From assembly GCF_009914755.1 (NCBI RefSeq), contig NC_060933.1: 64,000 nucleotides of DNA; one strand, given 5' to 3'. The notes under the pieces were generated by a model, which was not told the origin of the DNA, made no database searches, and saw nothing but the letters and a program-made list of their open reading frames with translations. Shown here piece by piece: positions 28,139-40,100 of this stretch (positions are counted from its first letter, which is position 1; every line of letters starts with the position of its first letter). This stretch comes from the human T2T-CHM13v2.0 reference genome, Homo sapiens. A program made the translations under genes and the position numbers.

Positions 28139-31100
28139 CATTCTCAGAAACTTCTTTGTGCTGTATGTCCTCAATTAACAGAGTTGAACCTTTGTGTGGA
28201 TACAGCATTTTGGAAACATTCCTTTAGTAGAATCTGCAAGTTGATATTTAGATAGCTAGGAAGATTTCCTTGGAAACGGGAATATCTTCATATAAAATCT
28301 AGACGGAAGCATTCTCAGAAAGTGCTTTGTGATGTTTGCATTCAAGTCACAGAGTTGAATATTCCCTTTTATAGAGCAGGTTTGAAACACTCTTTCTGCA
28401 CTACCTGGAAGTGGACATTTGGAGCGCTTTGAGGCCTATGTTGAAAAAGGAAATATCTTCCCATAAAAACTAGACAGAAGCATTCTCAGAAACTTGTTTG
28501 TGATGTGTGTATTCAACTAACAGAGATGAATCTTTCTTTTTACAGAGCAGTTTTGAAACACTTTTTTTGTGGAATCTGAAAGTGGTTATTTGGATAGCTT
28601 TGAGGATTTCGTTGGAAACGGGATTACATATAAAACCTAGAGAGAATAATTCTCAGGAACTTCTTTTTGATGTTTGCATTCAAGTCACAGAACTGAACAT
28701 TCCCTTTCATAGAGCATGTGTGAAACACTCTTTCTGTAGTATCTGCAAACGGACATTTCAAACGCTTTCAGGCCTATGGTGAGAAAGGAAATATCTTCAA
28801 ATAAAAACTAGACAGAAGAATTCTCAGAAACTTATTTGCGATGTGTGTCCTCAACTAACAGAGTTGAACCTTTCTTTTGATACAGCATTTTGGAACCACT
28901 CTTTTTGTAGAATCTGCAAGTGGATATTTGGATAGCTTTGAAGGTTTCGTTGGAAACGGGAATATCTTCATATAAAAACAAGACAGAAGCATTCTCAGAA
29001 ACTTCTCTGTGATGTTTGCATTCAACTCATAGAGTTGAACACTTCCCTTCATACAGCAGGTTTGAAACACTCTTTTTGTAATATTTGGAAGTGGACATTT
29101 GCAGCGCTTTGAGGCCTATGATGAAAAAGGAAATATCTTCCCATAAAAACTAGACAGAAGCATTCTCAGAAACTTGTTTGTGATGTGTGTATTCAACTAA
29201 CAGAGATGAACCTTTCTTTTTACAGAGCAGTTTTGAAACACTCTTTTTGTGGAATCTGAAAGTGGATATTTGGATAGCTTTGCGGATTTCGTTGGAAACG
29301 GGATTACATATAAAATCTAGGGAGAAGCATTCTCAGGAACTTCTTTGTGATGTTTGCGTTCAAGTCACAGAACTGAACATTCCCTTTCATAGAGCAGGTT
29401 TGAAACACTCTTTCTGTAGTATCTGCAAGCTGACGTTTCAAGCGCTTTCAGGCCTATGGTGAGAAAGGAAATATCTTCAAGTAAAAACTAGACAGAAGCA
29501 TTCTCAGAAACTTATTTGCCATGTGTGTTCTCAACTAACAGAGTTGAACCTTTGTTTTGATACGGCATTTTGGAAACACTCTTTTTGTAGAATCTGCAGG
29601 TGGATATTCGGATAGCTTTGAAGGTTTCGTTGGAAACGGGAATATCTTCATATAAAATCTAGACGGAAGCATTCTCAGAAACTGCTTTGTGATGTTTTCA
29701 TTCAAGTCACAGAGTAGAATGTTCCCTGTTATATACCAGGTTTGAGACACTCTTTCTGCACTACCTGGAAGTGGACGTTTGGAGCGCTTTGAGGCCTATG
29801 TTGAAAAAGGAAATATCTTCCCATAAAAACTAGACAGAAGCATTCTCAGAAACTTGTTTGTGATGTGTGTATTCAACTAACAGAGATGAACCTTTCTTTT
29901 TACAGAGCAGTTTTGAAACACTCTTTTTGTGGAATCTGAAAGTGGATATTTGGATAGCTTTGAGGATTTCGTTGGAAACGGGATTACATATAAAACCTAG
30001 AGAGAAGCATTCTCAGGAACTTCTTTGTGATGTTTGCATTCAAGTCACAGGACTGAACATTCCCTTTCATAGAGCAGGTTTGAAACACTCTTTCTGTAGT
30101 ATCTGCAAGCTGACGTTTCAAGCGCTTTCAGGCCTATGGTGAGAAAGGAAATATCTTCAAGTAAAAACTAGACAGAAGCATTCTCAGAAACTTATTTGCC
30201 ATGTGTGTTCTCAACTAACAGAGTTGAACCTTTGTTTTGATACGGCATTTTGGAAACACTCTTTTTGTAGAATCTGCAGGTGGATATTCGGATAGCTTTG
30301 AAGGTTTCGTTGGAAACGGGAATATCTTCATATAAAATCTAGACGGAAGCATTCTCAGAAACTGCTTTGTGATGTTTTCATTCAAGTCACAGAGTAGAAT
30401 GTTCCCTGTTATATACCAGGTTTGAGACACTCTTTCTGCACTACCTGGAAGTGGACGTTTGGAGCGCTTTGAGGCCTATGTTGAAAAAGGAAATATCTTC
30501 CCATAAAAACTAGACAGAAGCATTCTCAGAAACTTGTTTGTGATGTGTGTATTCAACTAACAGAGATGAACCTTTCTTTTTACAGAGCAGTTTTGAAACA
30601 CTCTTTTTGTGGAATCTGAAAGTGGATATTTGGATAGCTTTGAGGATTTCGTTGGAAACGGGATTACATATAAAAGCTAGAGAGAAGCATTCTCAGGAAC
30701 TTCTTTGTGATGTTTGCATTCAAGTCACAGAACTGAACATTCCCTTTCATAGAGCAGGTTTGAAACACTCTTTCTGTAGTATCTGCAAGCTGACGTTTCA
30801 AGCGCTTTCAGGCCTATGGTGAGAAAGGAAATATCTTCAAGTAAAAACTAGAGAGAAGCATTGTCAGAAACTTATTTGCCATGTGTGTTCTCAACTAACA
30901 GAGTTGAACCTTTGTTTTGATACGGCATTTTGGAAACACTCTTTTTGTAGAATCTGCAGGTGGATATTCGGATAGCTTTGAAGGTTTCGTTGGAAACGGG
31001 AATATCTTCATATAAAATCTAGACGGAAGCATTCTCAGAAACTGCTTTGTGATGTTTTCATTCAAGTCACAGAGTAGAATGTTCCCTGTTATATACCAGG

Positions 31101-33409
31101 TTTGAGACACTCTTTCTGCACTACCTGGAAGTGGACGTTTGGAGCGCTTTGAGGCCTATGTTGAAAAAGGAAATATCTTCCCATAAAAACTAGACGGAAG
31201 CATTCTCAGAAACTTGTTTGTGATGTGTGTATTCAACTAAGAGAGATGAACCTTTCTTTTTACAGAGCAGTTTTGAAACACTCCTTTTGTGGAATCTGAA
31301 AGTGGATATTTGGATAGCTTTGAGGATTTCGTTGGAAACGGGATTACATATAAAACCTAGAGAGAAGCATTCTCAGGAACTTCTTTGTGATGTTTGCATT
31401 CAAGTCACAGAACTGAACATTCCCTTTCATAGAGCAGGTTTGAAACACTCTTTCTGTAGTATCTGCAAGCTGACGTTTCAAGCGCTTTCAGGCCTATGGT
31501 GAGAAAGGAAATATCTTCAAGTAAAAACTAGACAGAAGCATTCTCAGAAACTTATTTGCCATGTGTGTTCTCAACTAACAGAGTTGAACCTTTGTTTTGA
31601 TACGGCATTTTGGAAACACTCTTTTTGTAGAATCTGCAGGTGGATATTCGGATAGCTTTGAAGGTTTCGTTGGAAACGGGAATATCTTCATATAAAATCT
31701 AGACGGAAGCATTCTCAGAAACTGCTTTGTGATGTTTTCATTCAAGTCACAGAGTAGATGTTCCCTGTTATATACCAGGTTTGAGACACTCTTTCTGCAC
31801 TACCTGGAAGTGGACGTTTGGAGCGCTTTGAGGCCTATGTTGAAAAAGGAAATATCTTCCCATAAAAACTAGACAGAAGCATTCTCAAAAACTTGTTTGT
31901 GATGTGTGTATTCAATTAACAGAGATGAACCTTTCTTTTTACAGAGCAGTTTTGAAACACTCTTTTTGTGGAATCTGAAAGTGGTTATTTGGATAGCTTT
32001 GAGGATTTCGTTTGAAAAGGGATTACATATAAAATCTAGAGAAAAGCATTCTCAGGAACTTCTTTGTGATGTTTGCATTAACGTCACAAAACTGAACATT
32101 CCCTTTCATAGAGCATGTTTGAAACACTCTTTCTGTAGTATCTGCAAACGGACATTTCAAACGCTTTCAGGCCTATGGTGAGAAAGGAAATATCTTCAAA
32201 TAAAAACTAGACAGAAGCATTCTCAGAAACTTATTTGCGATGTGTGTCCTCAACTAACAGAGTTGAACCTTTCTTTTGATACAACATTTTGGAACCACTC
32301 TTTTTGTAGAATCTGCAAGTGGATATTTGGATAGCTTTGAAGGTTTCGTTGGAAACGGGAATATCTTCATATAAAATCAAGACAGAAGCATTCTCAGAAA
32401 CTTCTCTGTGATGTTTGCATTCAACTCATAGAGTTGAACACTTCCCTTCATACAGCAGGTTTGAAACACTCTTTTTGTAATATTTGGAAGTGGACATTTG
32501 CAGCGCTTTGAGGCCTATGATGAAAAAGGAAATATCTTCCCATAAAAACTAGACAGAAGCATTCTCAGAAACTTGTTTGTGATGTGTGTATTCAACTAAC
32601 AGAGATGAACCTTTCTTTTTACAGAGCAGTTTTGAAACACTCTTTTTGTGGAATCTGAAAGTGGATATTTGGATAGCTTTGCGGATTTCGTTGGAAACGG
32701 GATTACATATAAAATCTAGGGAGAAGCATTCTCAGGAACTTCTTTGTGATGTTTGCATTCAAGTCACAGAACTGAACATTCCCTTTCATAGAGCAGGTTT
32801 GAAACACTCTTTCTGTAGTATCTGCAAGCGGACGTTTCAAGCGCTTTGAGGCCTGTGGTGAAAAAGGAAATATCTTCAAATAAAAACTAGACAGAAGCAT
32901 TCTCAGAAACTTATTTGCGATGTGTGTTCTCAACTAAAAGAGTTGAACCTTTGTTTGGATACAGCACTTTGGAAACACTCTTTTTGTAGAATCTGCAAGT
33001 GGATATTTGGATAGCTTTGAAGGTTTCGTTGGAAACGGGAATATCTTCATATAAAATCAAGACAGAAGCATTCTCAGAAACTTCTCTGTGATGTTTGCAT
33101 TCAACTCATAGAGTTGAACACTTCCCTTCATACAGCAGGTTTGAAACACTCTTTTTCTAATATTTGGAAGTGGACATTTGCAGCGCTTTGAGGCCTATGT
33201 TGAAAAAGGAAATATCTTCTCCTAAAAACCAGACAGAAGCATTCTCAGAAACTTCCTTGTGATGTGTGTACTCAAGTAACAGAGTTGAACCTTCCTTTTG
33301 ACAGAGCAGTTTTGAAGCACTCTTTTTGTAGAATCTGCAAGTGGATATTTTGATACCTTTGAGGATTTCGTTGGACACGGGATATCCTCATATAAAATCT
33401 AGACAGAAG
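28139..33409 (+). repeat. 31-mer variant (3 + seven 4-mers), including four consecutive a-b-c*-g* units
   Basis: 5271 bp between f monomers; a markers at 28507, 29187, 29867, 30547, 31227, 31906 and 32586. Confidence 0.87.
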
Positions 33410-35953
33410 CATTCTCAGAAACTTCTTTGTGCTGTATGTCCTCAATTAACAGAGTTGAACCTTTGTGTGGATACAGCATTTTGGAAACATTCCTTTAGTA
33501 GAATCTGCAAGTTGATATTTAGATAGCTAGGAAGATTTCCTTGGAAACGGGAATATCTTCATATAAAATCTAGACGGAAGCATTCTCAGAAAGTGCTTTG
33601 TGATGTTTGCATTCAAGTCACAGAGTTGAATATTCCCTTTTATAGAGCAGGTTTGAAACACTCTTTCTGCACTACCTGGAAGTGGACATTTGGAGCGCTT
33701 TGAGGCCTATGTAGAAAAAGGAAATATCTTCCCATAAAAACTAGACAGAAGCATTCTCAGAAACTTGTTTGTGATGTGTGTATTCAACTAACAGAGATGA
33801 ACCTTTCTTTTTACAGAGCAGTTTTGAAACACTCTTTTTGTGGAATCTGAAAGTGGATATTTGGATAGCTTTGAGGATTTCGTTGGAAACGGGATTACAT
33901 ATAAAAGCTAGAGAGAAGCATTCTCAGGAACTTCTTTGTGATGTTTGCATTCAAGTCACAGAACTGAACATTCCCTTTCATAGAGCAGGTTTGAAACACT
34001 CTTTCTGTAGTATCTGCAAGCGGACGTTTCAAGCGCTTTGAGGCCTGTGGTGAAAAAGGAAATATCTTCAAATAAAAACTAGACAGAAGCATTCTCAGAA
34101 ACTTATTTGCGATGTGTGTTCTCAACTAAAAGATTTGAACCTTTGTTTGGATACAGCACTTTGGAAACACTCTTTTTGTAGAATCTGCAGGTGGATATTC
34201 GGATAGCTTTGAAGGTTTCGTTGGAAACGGGAATATCTTCATATAAAATCTAGACGGAAGCATTCTCAGAAACTGCTTTGTGATGTTTTCATTCAAGTCA
34301 CAGAGTAGAATGTTCCCTATTATATACCAGGTTTGAGACACTCTTTCTGCACTACCTGGAAGTGGACGTTTGGAGCGCTTTGAGGCCTATGTTGAAAAAG
34401 GAAATATCTTCCCATAAAAACTAGACAGAAGCATTCTCAGAAACTTGTTTGTGATGTGTGTATTCAACTAAGAGAGATGAACTTTCTTTTTACAGAGCAG
34501 TTTTGAAACACTCTTTTTGTGGAATCTGAAAGTGGTTATTTGGATAGCTTTGAGGATTTCGTTTGAAACGGGATTACATATAAAATCTAGAGAGAAGCAT
34601 TCTCAGGAACTTCTTTGTGATGTTTGCATTCACGTCACAAAACTGAACATTCCCTTTCATAGAGCATGTTTGAAACACTCTTTCTGTAGTATCTGCAAAC
34701 GGACATTTCAAACGCTTTCAGGCCTATGGTGAGAAAGGAAATATCTTCAAATAAAAACTAGACAGAAGCATTCTCAGAAACTTATTTGCGATGTGTGTCC
34801 TCAACTAACAGAGTTGAACCTTTCTTTTGATACAACATTTTGGAACCACTCTTTTTCTGCAAGTGGATATTTGGATAGCTTTGAAGGTTTCGTTGGAAAC
34901 GGGAATATCTTCATATAAAATCAAGACAGAAGCATTCTCAGAAACTTCTCTGTGATGTTTGCATTCAACTCATAGAGTTGAACACTTCCCTTCATACAGC
35001 AGGTTTGAAACACACTTTTTGTAATATTTGGAAGTGGACATTTGCAGCGCTTTGAGGCCTATGATGAAAAAGGAAATATCTTCCCATAAAAACTAGACAG
35101 AAGCATTCTCAGAAACTTGTTTGTGATGTGTGTATTCAACTAACAGAGATGAACCTTTCTTTTTACAGAGCAGTTTTGAAACACTCTTTTTGTGGAATCT
35201 GAAAGTGGATATTTGGATAGCTTTGCGGATTTCTTTGGAAACGGGATTACATATAAAATCTAGGGAGAAGCATTCTCAGGAACTTCTTTGTGATGTTTGC
35301 ATTCAAGTCACAGAACTGAACATTCCCTTTCATAGAGCAGGTTTGAAACACTCTTTCTGTAGTATCTGCAAGCGGACGTTTTAAGCGCTTTCAGGCCTGT
35401 GGTGAAAAAGGAAATATCTTCAAATAAAAACTAGACAGAAGCATTCTCAGAAACTTATTTGCGATGTGTGTCCTCAACTAACAGAGTTGAACCTTTCTTT
35501 TGATACAACATTTTGGAACCACTCTTTTTGTAGAATCTGCAAGTGGATATTTGGATAGCTTTGAAGGTTTCGTTGGAAACGGGAATATATTCATATAAAA
35601 TCAAGACAGAAACATTCTCAGAAACTTCTCTGTGATGCTTGCATTCAACTCATAGAGTTGAACACTTCCCTTCATACAGCAGGTTTGAAACACTCTTTTT
35701 CTAATATTTGGAAGTGGACATTTGCAGCGCTTTGAGGCCTATGTTGAAAAAGGAAATATCTTCTCCTGAAAACCAGACAGAAGCATTCTCAGAAACTTCC
35801 TTGTGATGTGTGTACTCAAGTAACAGAGTTGAACCTTCCTTTTGAAAGAGCAGTTTTGAAGCACTCTTTTTGTAGAATCTGCAAGTGGATATTTTGATAC
35901 CTTTGAGGATTTCGTTGGACACGGGATATCTTCATATAAAATCTAGACAGAAG

Positions 35954-37145
35954 CATTCTCAGAAACTTCTTTGTGCTGTATGTCCTCAATTAACAGAGTT
36001 GAACCTTTGTGTGGATACAGCATTTTGGAAACATTCCTTTAGTAGAATCTGCAAGTTGATATTTAGATAGCTAGGAAGATTTCCTTGGAAACGGGAATAT
36101 CTTCATATAAAATCTAGACGGAAGCATTCTCAGAAAGTGCTTTGTGATGTTTGCATTCAAGTCACAGAGTTGAATATTCCCTTTTATAGAGCAGGTTTGA
36201 AACACTTTTTCTGCACTACCTGGAAGTGGACATTTGGAGCGCTTTGAGGCCTATGTTGAAAAAGGAAATATCTTCCCATAAAAACTAGACAGAAGCATTC
36301 TCAGAAACTTGTTTGTGATGTGTGTATTCAACTAACAGAGATGAACCTTTCTTTTTACAGAGCAGTTTTGAAACACTCTTTTTGTGGAATCTTAAAGTGG
36401 ATATTTGGATAGCTTTGAGGATTTCGTTGGAAACGGGATTACATATAAAACCTAGAGAGAAGCATTCTCAGGAACTTCTTTGTGATGTTTGCATTCAAGT
36501 CACAGAACTGAACATTCCCTTTCATAGAGCAGGTTTGAAACACTCTTTCTGTAGTATCTGCAAGCGGACGTTTTAAGCGCTTTCAGGCCTGTGGTGAGAA
36601 AGGAAATATCTTCAAATAAAAACTAGACAGAAGCATTCTCAGAAACTTATTTGCGATGTGTGTCCTCAACTAACAGAGTTGAACCTTTCTTTTGATACAA
36701 CATTTTGGAAACACTCTTTCTGTAGAATCTGCAAGTGGATATTTGGATAGCTTTGAAGGTTTCGTTGGAAACGGGAATATCTTCATATGAAATCAAGACA
36801 GAAGCATTCTCAGAAACTTCTCTGTGATGTTTGCATTCAACTCATAGAGTTGAACACTTCCCTTCATACAGCAGGTTTGAAACACTCTTTTTCTAATATT
36901 TGGAAGTGGACATTTGCAGCGCTTTGAGGCCTATGTTGAAAAAGGAAATATCTTCTCCTAAAAACCAGACAGAAGCATTCTCAGAAACTTCCTTGTGATG
37001 TGTGTACTCAAGTAACAGAGTTGAACCTTCCTTTTGACAGAGCAGTTTTGAAGCACTCTTTTTGTAGAATCTGCAAGTGGATATTTTGATACCTTTGAGG
37101 ATTTCGTTGGACACGGGATATCTTCATATAAAATCTAGACAGAAG
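35954..37145 (+). repeat. Basic 7-mer HOR f-g-a-b-c-d-e (1192 bp)
   Basis: Marker spacing 35885->37077 = 1192; all seven monomer classes occur once. Confidence 0.92.
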
Positions 37146-40100
37146 CATTCTCAGAAACTTCTTTGTGCTGTATGTCCTCAATTAACAGAGTTGAACCTTT
37201 GTGTGGATACAGCATTTTGGAAACATTCCTTTAGTAGAATCTGCAAGTTGATATTTAGATAGCTAGGAAGATTTCCTTGGAAACGGGAATATCTTCATAT
37301 AAAATCTAGACGGAAGCATTCTCAGAAAGTGCTTTGTGATGTTTGCATTCAAGTCACAGAGTTGAATATTCCCTTTTATAGAGTAGGTTTGAAACACTCT
37401 TTCTGCACTACCTGGAAGTGGACATTTGGAGCGCTTTGAGGCCTATGTTGAAAAAGGAAATATCTTCCCATAAAAACTAGACAGAAGCATTCTCAGAAAC
37501 TTGTTTGTGATGTGTGTATTCAACTAACAGAGATGAACCTTTCTTTTTACAGAGCAGTTTTGAAACACTCTTTTTGTGGAATCTGAAAGTGGATATTTGG
37601 ATAGCTTTGAGGATTTCGTTGGAAACGGGATTACATATAAAACCTAGAGAGAAGCATTCTCAGGAACTTCTTTGTGATGTTTGCCTTCAAGTCACAGGAC
37701 TGAACATTCCCTTTCATAGAGCAGGTTTGAAACACTCTTTCTGTAGTATCTGCAAGCTGACGTTTCATGCGCTTTCAGGCCTATGGTGAGAAAGGAAATA
37801 TCTTCAAGTAAAAACTAGACAGAAGCATTGTCAGAAACTTATTTGCCATGTGTGTTCTCAACTAACAGAGTTGAACCTTTGTTTTGATACGGCATTTTGG
37901 AAACACTCTTTTTGTAGAATCTGCAGGTGGATATTCGGATAGCTTTGAAGGTTTCGTTGGAAACGGGAATATCTTCATATAAAATCTAGACGGAAGAATT
38001 CTCAGAAACTGCTTTGTGATGTTTTCATTCAAGTCACAGTGTAGAATGTTCCCTGTTATATACCAGGTTTGAGACACTCTTTCTGCACTACTTGGAAGTG
38101 GACGTTTGGAGCGCTTTGAGGCCTATGTTGAAAAAGGAACTATCTTCCCATAAAAACTAGACAGAAGCATTCTCAGAAACTTGTTTGTGATGTGTGTATT
38201 CAACTAACAGAGATGAACCTTTCTTTTTACAGAGTAGTTTTGAAACACTCTTTTTGTGGAATCTGAAAGTGGATATTTGGATAGCTTTGCGGATTTCGTT
38301 GGAAACGGGATTACATATAAAATCTAGGGAGAAGCATTCTCAGGAACTTCTTTGTGATGTTTGCATTCAAGTCACAGAACTGAACATTCCCTTTCATAGA
38401 GCAGGTTTGAAACACTCTTTCTGTAGTATCTGCAAGTGGACGTTTCAAGCGCTTTCAGGCCTGTGGTGAAAAAGGAAATATCTTCAAATAAAAACTAGAC
38501 AGAAGCATTCTCAGAAACTTATTTGCGATGTGTGTTCTCAGCTAACAGAGTTGAACCTTTGTTTTGATACAGCATTTTGGAAACACTCTTTTTGTAGGAT
38601 CTGCAGGTGGATGTTTGGATAGCTTTGAAGGTTTCTTTGGAAACGGGAATATCTTCATATAAAATCAAGACAGAAGCATTCTCAGAAACTTCTCTGTTCT
38701 GTTTGCATTCAACTCATAGAGTTGAACACTTCCTTTCATAGAGCTGGTTTGAAATACTCTTTTTGTAATATTTGGAAGTGGACATTGGCAGCGGTTTGAA
38801 GCCTATGGTGAAAAAGGAGATATCTTCTCCTAAAAACCAGACAGAAGCATTCTCAGAATCATTCTTGTGATGTGTGTACTCAAGTAACAGAGTTGAACCT
38901 TCATTTTGACAGAGCAGTTTTGAAGCAGTCTTTTTGTAGAATCTGCAAGTGGATATTTTGATACCTTTGAGGATTTCGTTAGACACGGGATATCTTCATA
39001 TAAAATCTAGACAGAAGCATTCTCAGAAACTTCTTTGTGCTGTATGTCCTCAATTAACAGAGTTGAACCTTTGTGTGGATACAGCATTTTGGAAACATTC
39101 CTTTAGTAGAATCTGCAAGTTGATATTTAGATAGCTAGGAAGATTTCCTTGGAAACGGGAATATCTTCGTATAAAATCTAGACGGAAGCATTCTCAGAAA
39201 GTGCTTTGTGATGTTTTCATTCAAGTCACAGAGTAGAATGTTCCCTGTTATATACCAGGTTTGAGACACTCTTTCTGCACTATCTGGAAGTGGACATTTG
39301 GAGCGCTTTGAGGCCTATGTTGAAAAAGGAAATATCTTCCCATAAAAACTAGACAGAAGCATTCTCAGAAACTTGTTTGTGATGTGTGTATTCAACTAAC
39401 AGAGATGAACCTTTCTTTTTACAGAGCAGTTTTGAAACACTCTTTTTGTGGAATCTGAAAGTGGATATTTGGATAGCTTTGAGGATTTCGTTGGAAACGG
39501 GATTACATATAAAACCTAGAGAGAAGCATTCTCAGGAACTTCTTTGTGATGTTTGCATTCAAGTCACAGAACTGAACATTCCCTTTCATAGAGCATGTTT
39601 GAAACACTCTTTCTGTAGTATCTGCAAACGGACATTTCAAACGCTTTCAGGCCTATGGTGAGAAAGGAAATATCTTCAAATAAAAACTAGACAGAAGCAT
39701 TCTCAGAAACTTATTTGCGATGTGTGTCCTCAACTAACAGAGTTGAACCTTTCTTTTGATACAACATTTTGGAAACACTCTTTTTGTAGAATCTGCAAGT
39801 GGATATTTGGATAGCTTTGAAGGTTTCGTTGGAAACGGGAATATCTTCATATAAAATCAAGACAGAAGCATTCTCCGAAACTTCTCTGTGATGTTTGCAT
39901 TCAACTCATAGAGTTGAACACTTCCCTTCATACAGCAGGTTTGAAACACTCTTTTTGTAATATTTGGAAGTGGACATTTGCAGCGCTTTGAGGCCTATGA
40001 CGAAAAAGGTTATATCTTCCCATAAAAACTAGACAGAAGCATTCTCAGAAACTTGTTTGTGATGTGTGTATTCAACTAACAGAGATGAACCTTTCTTTTT

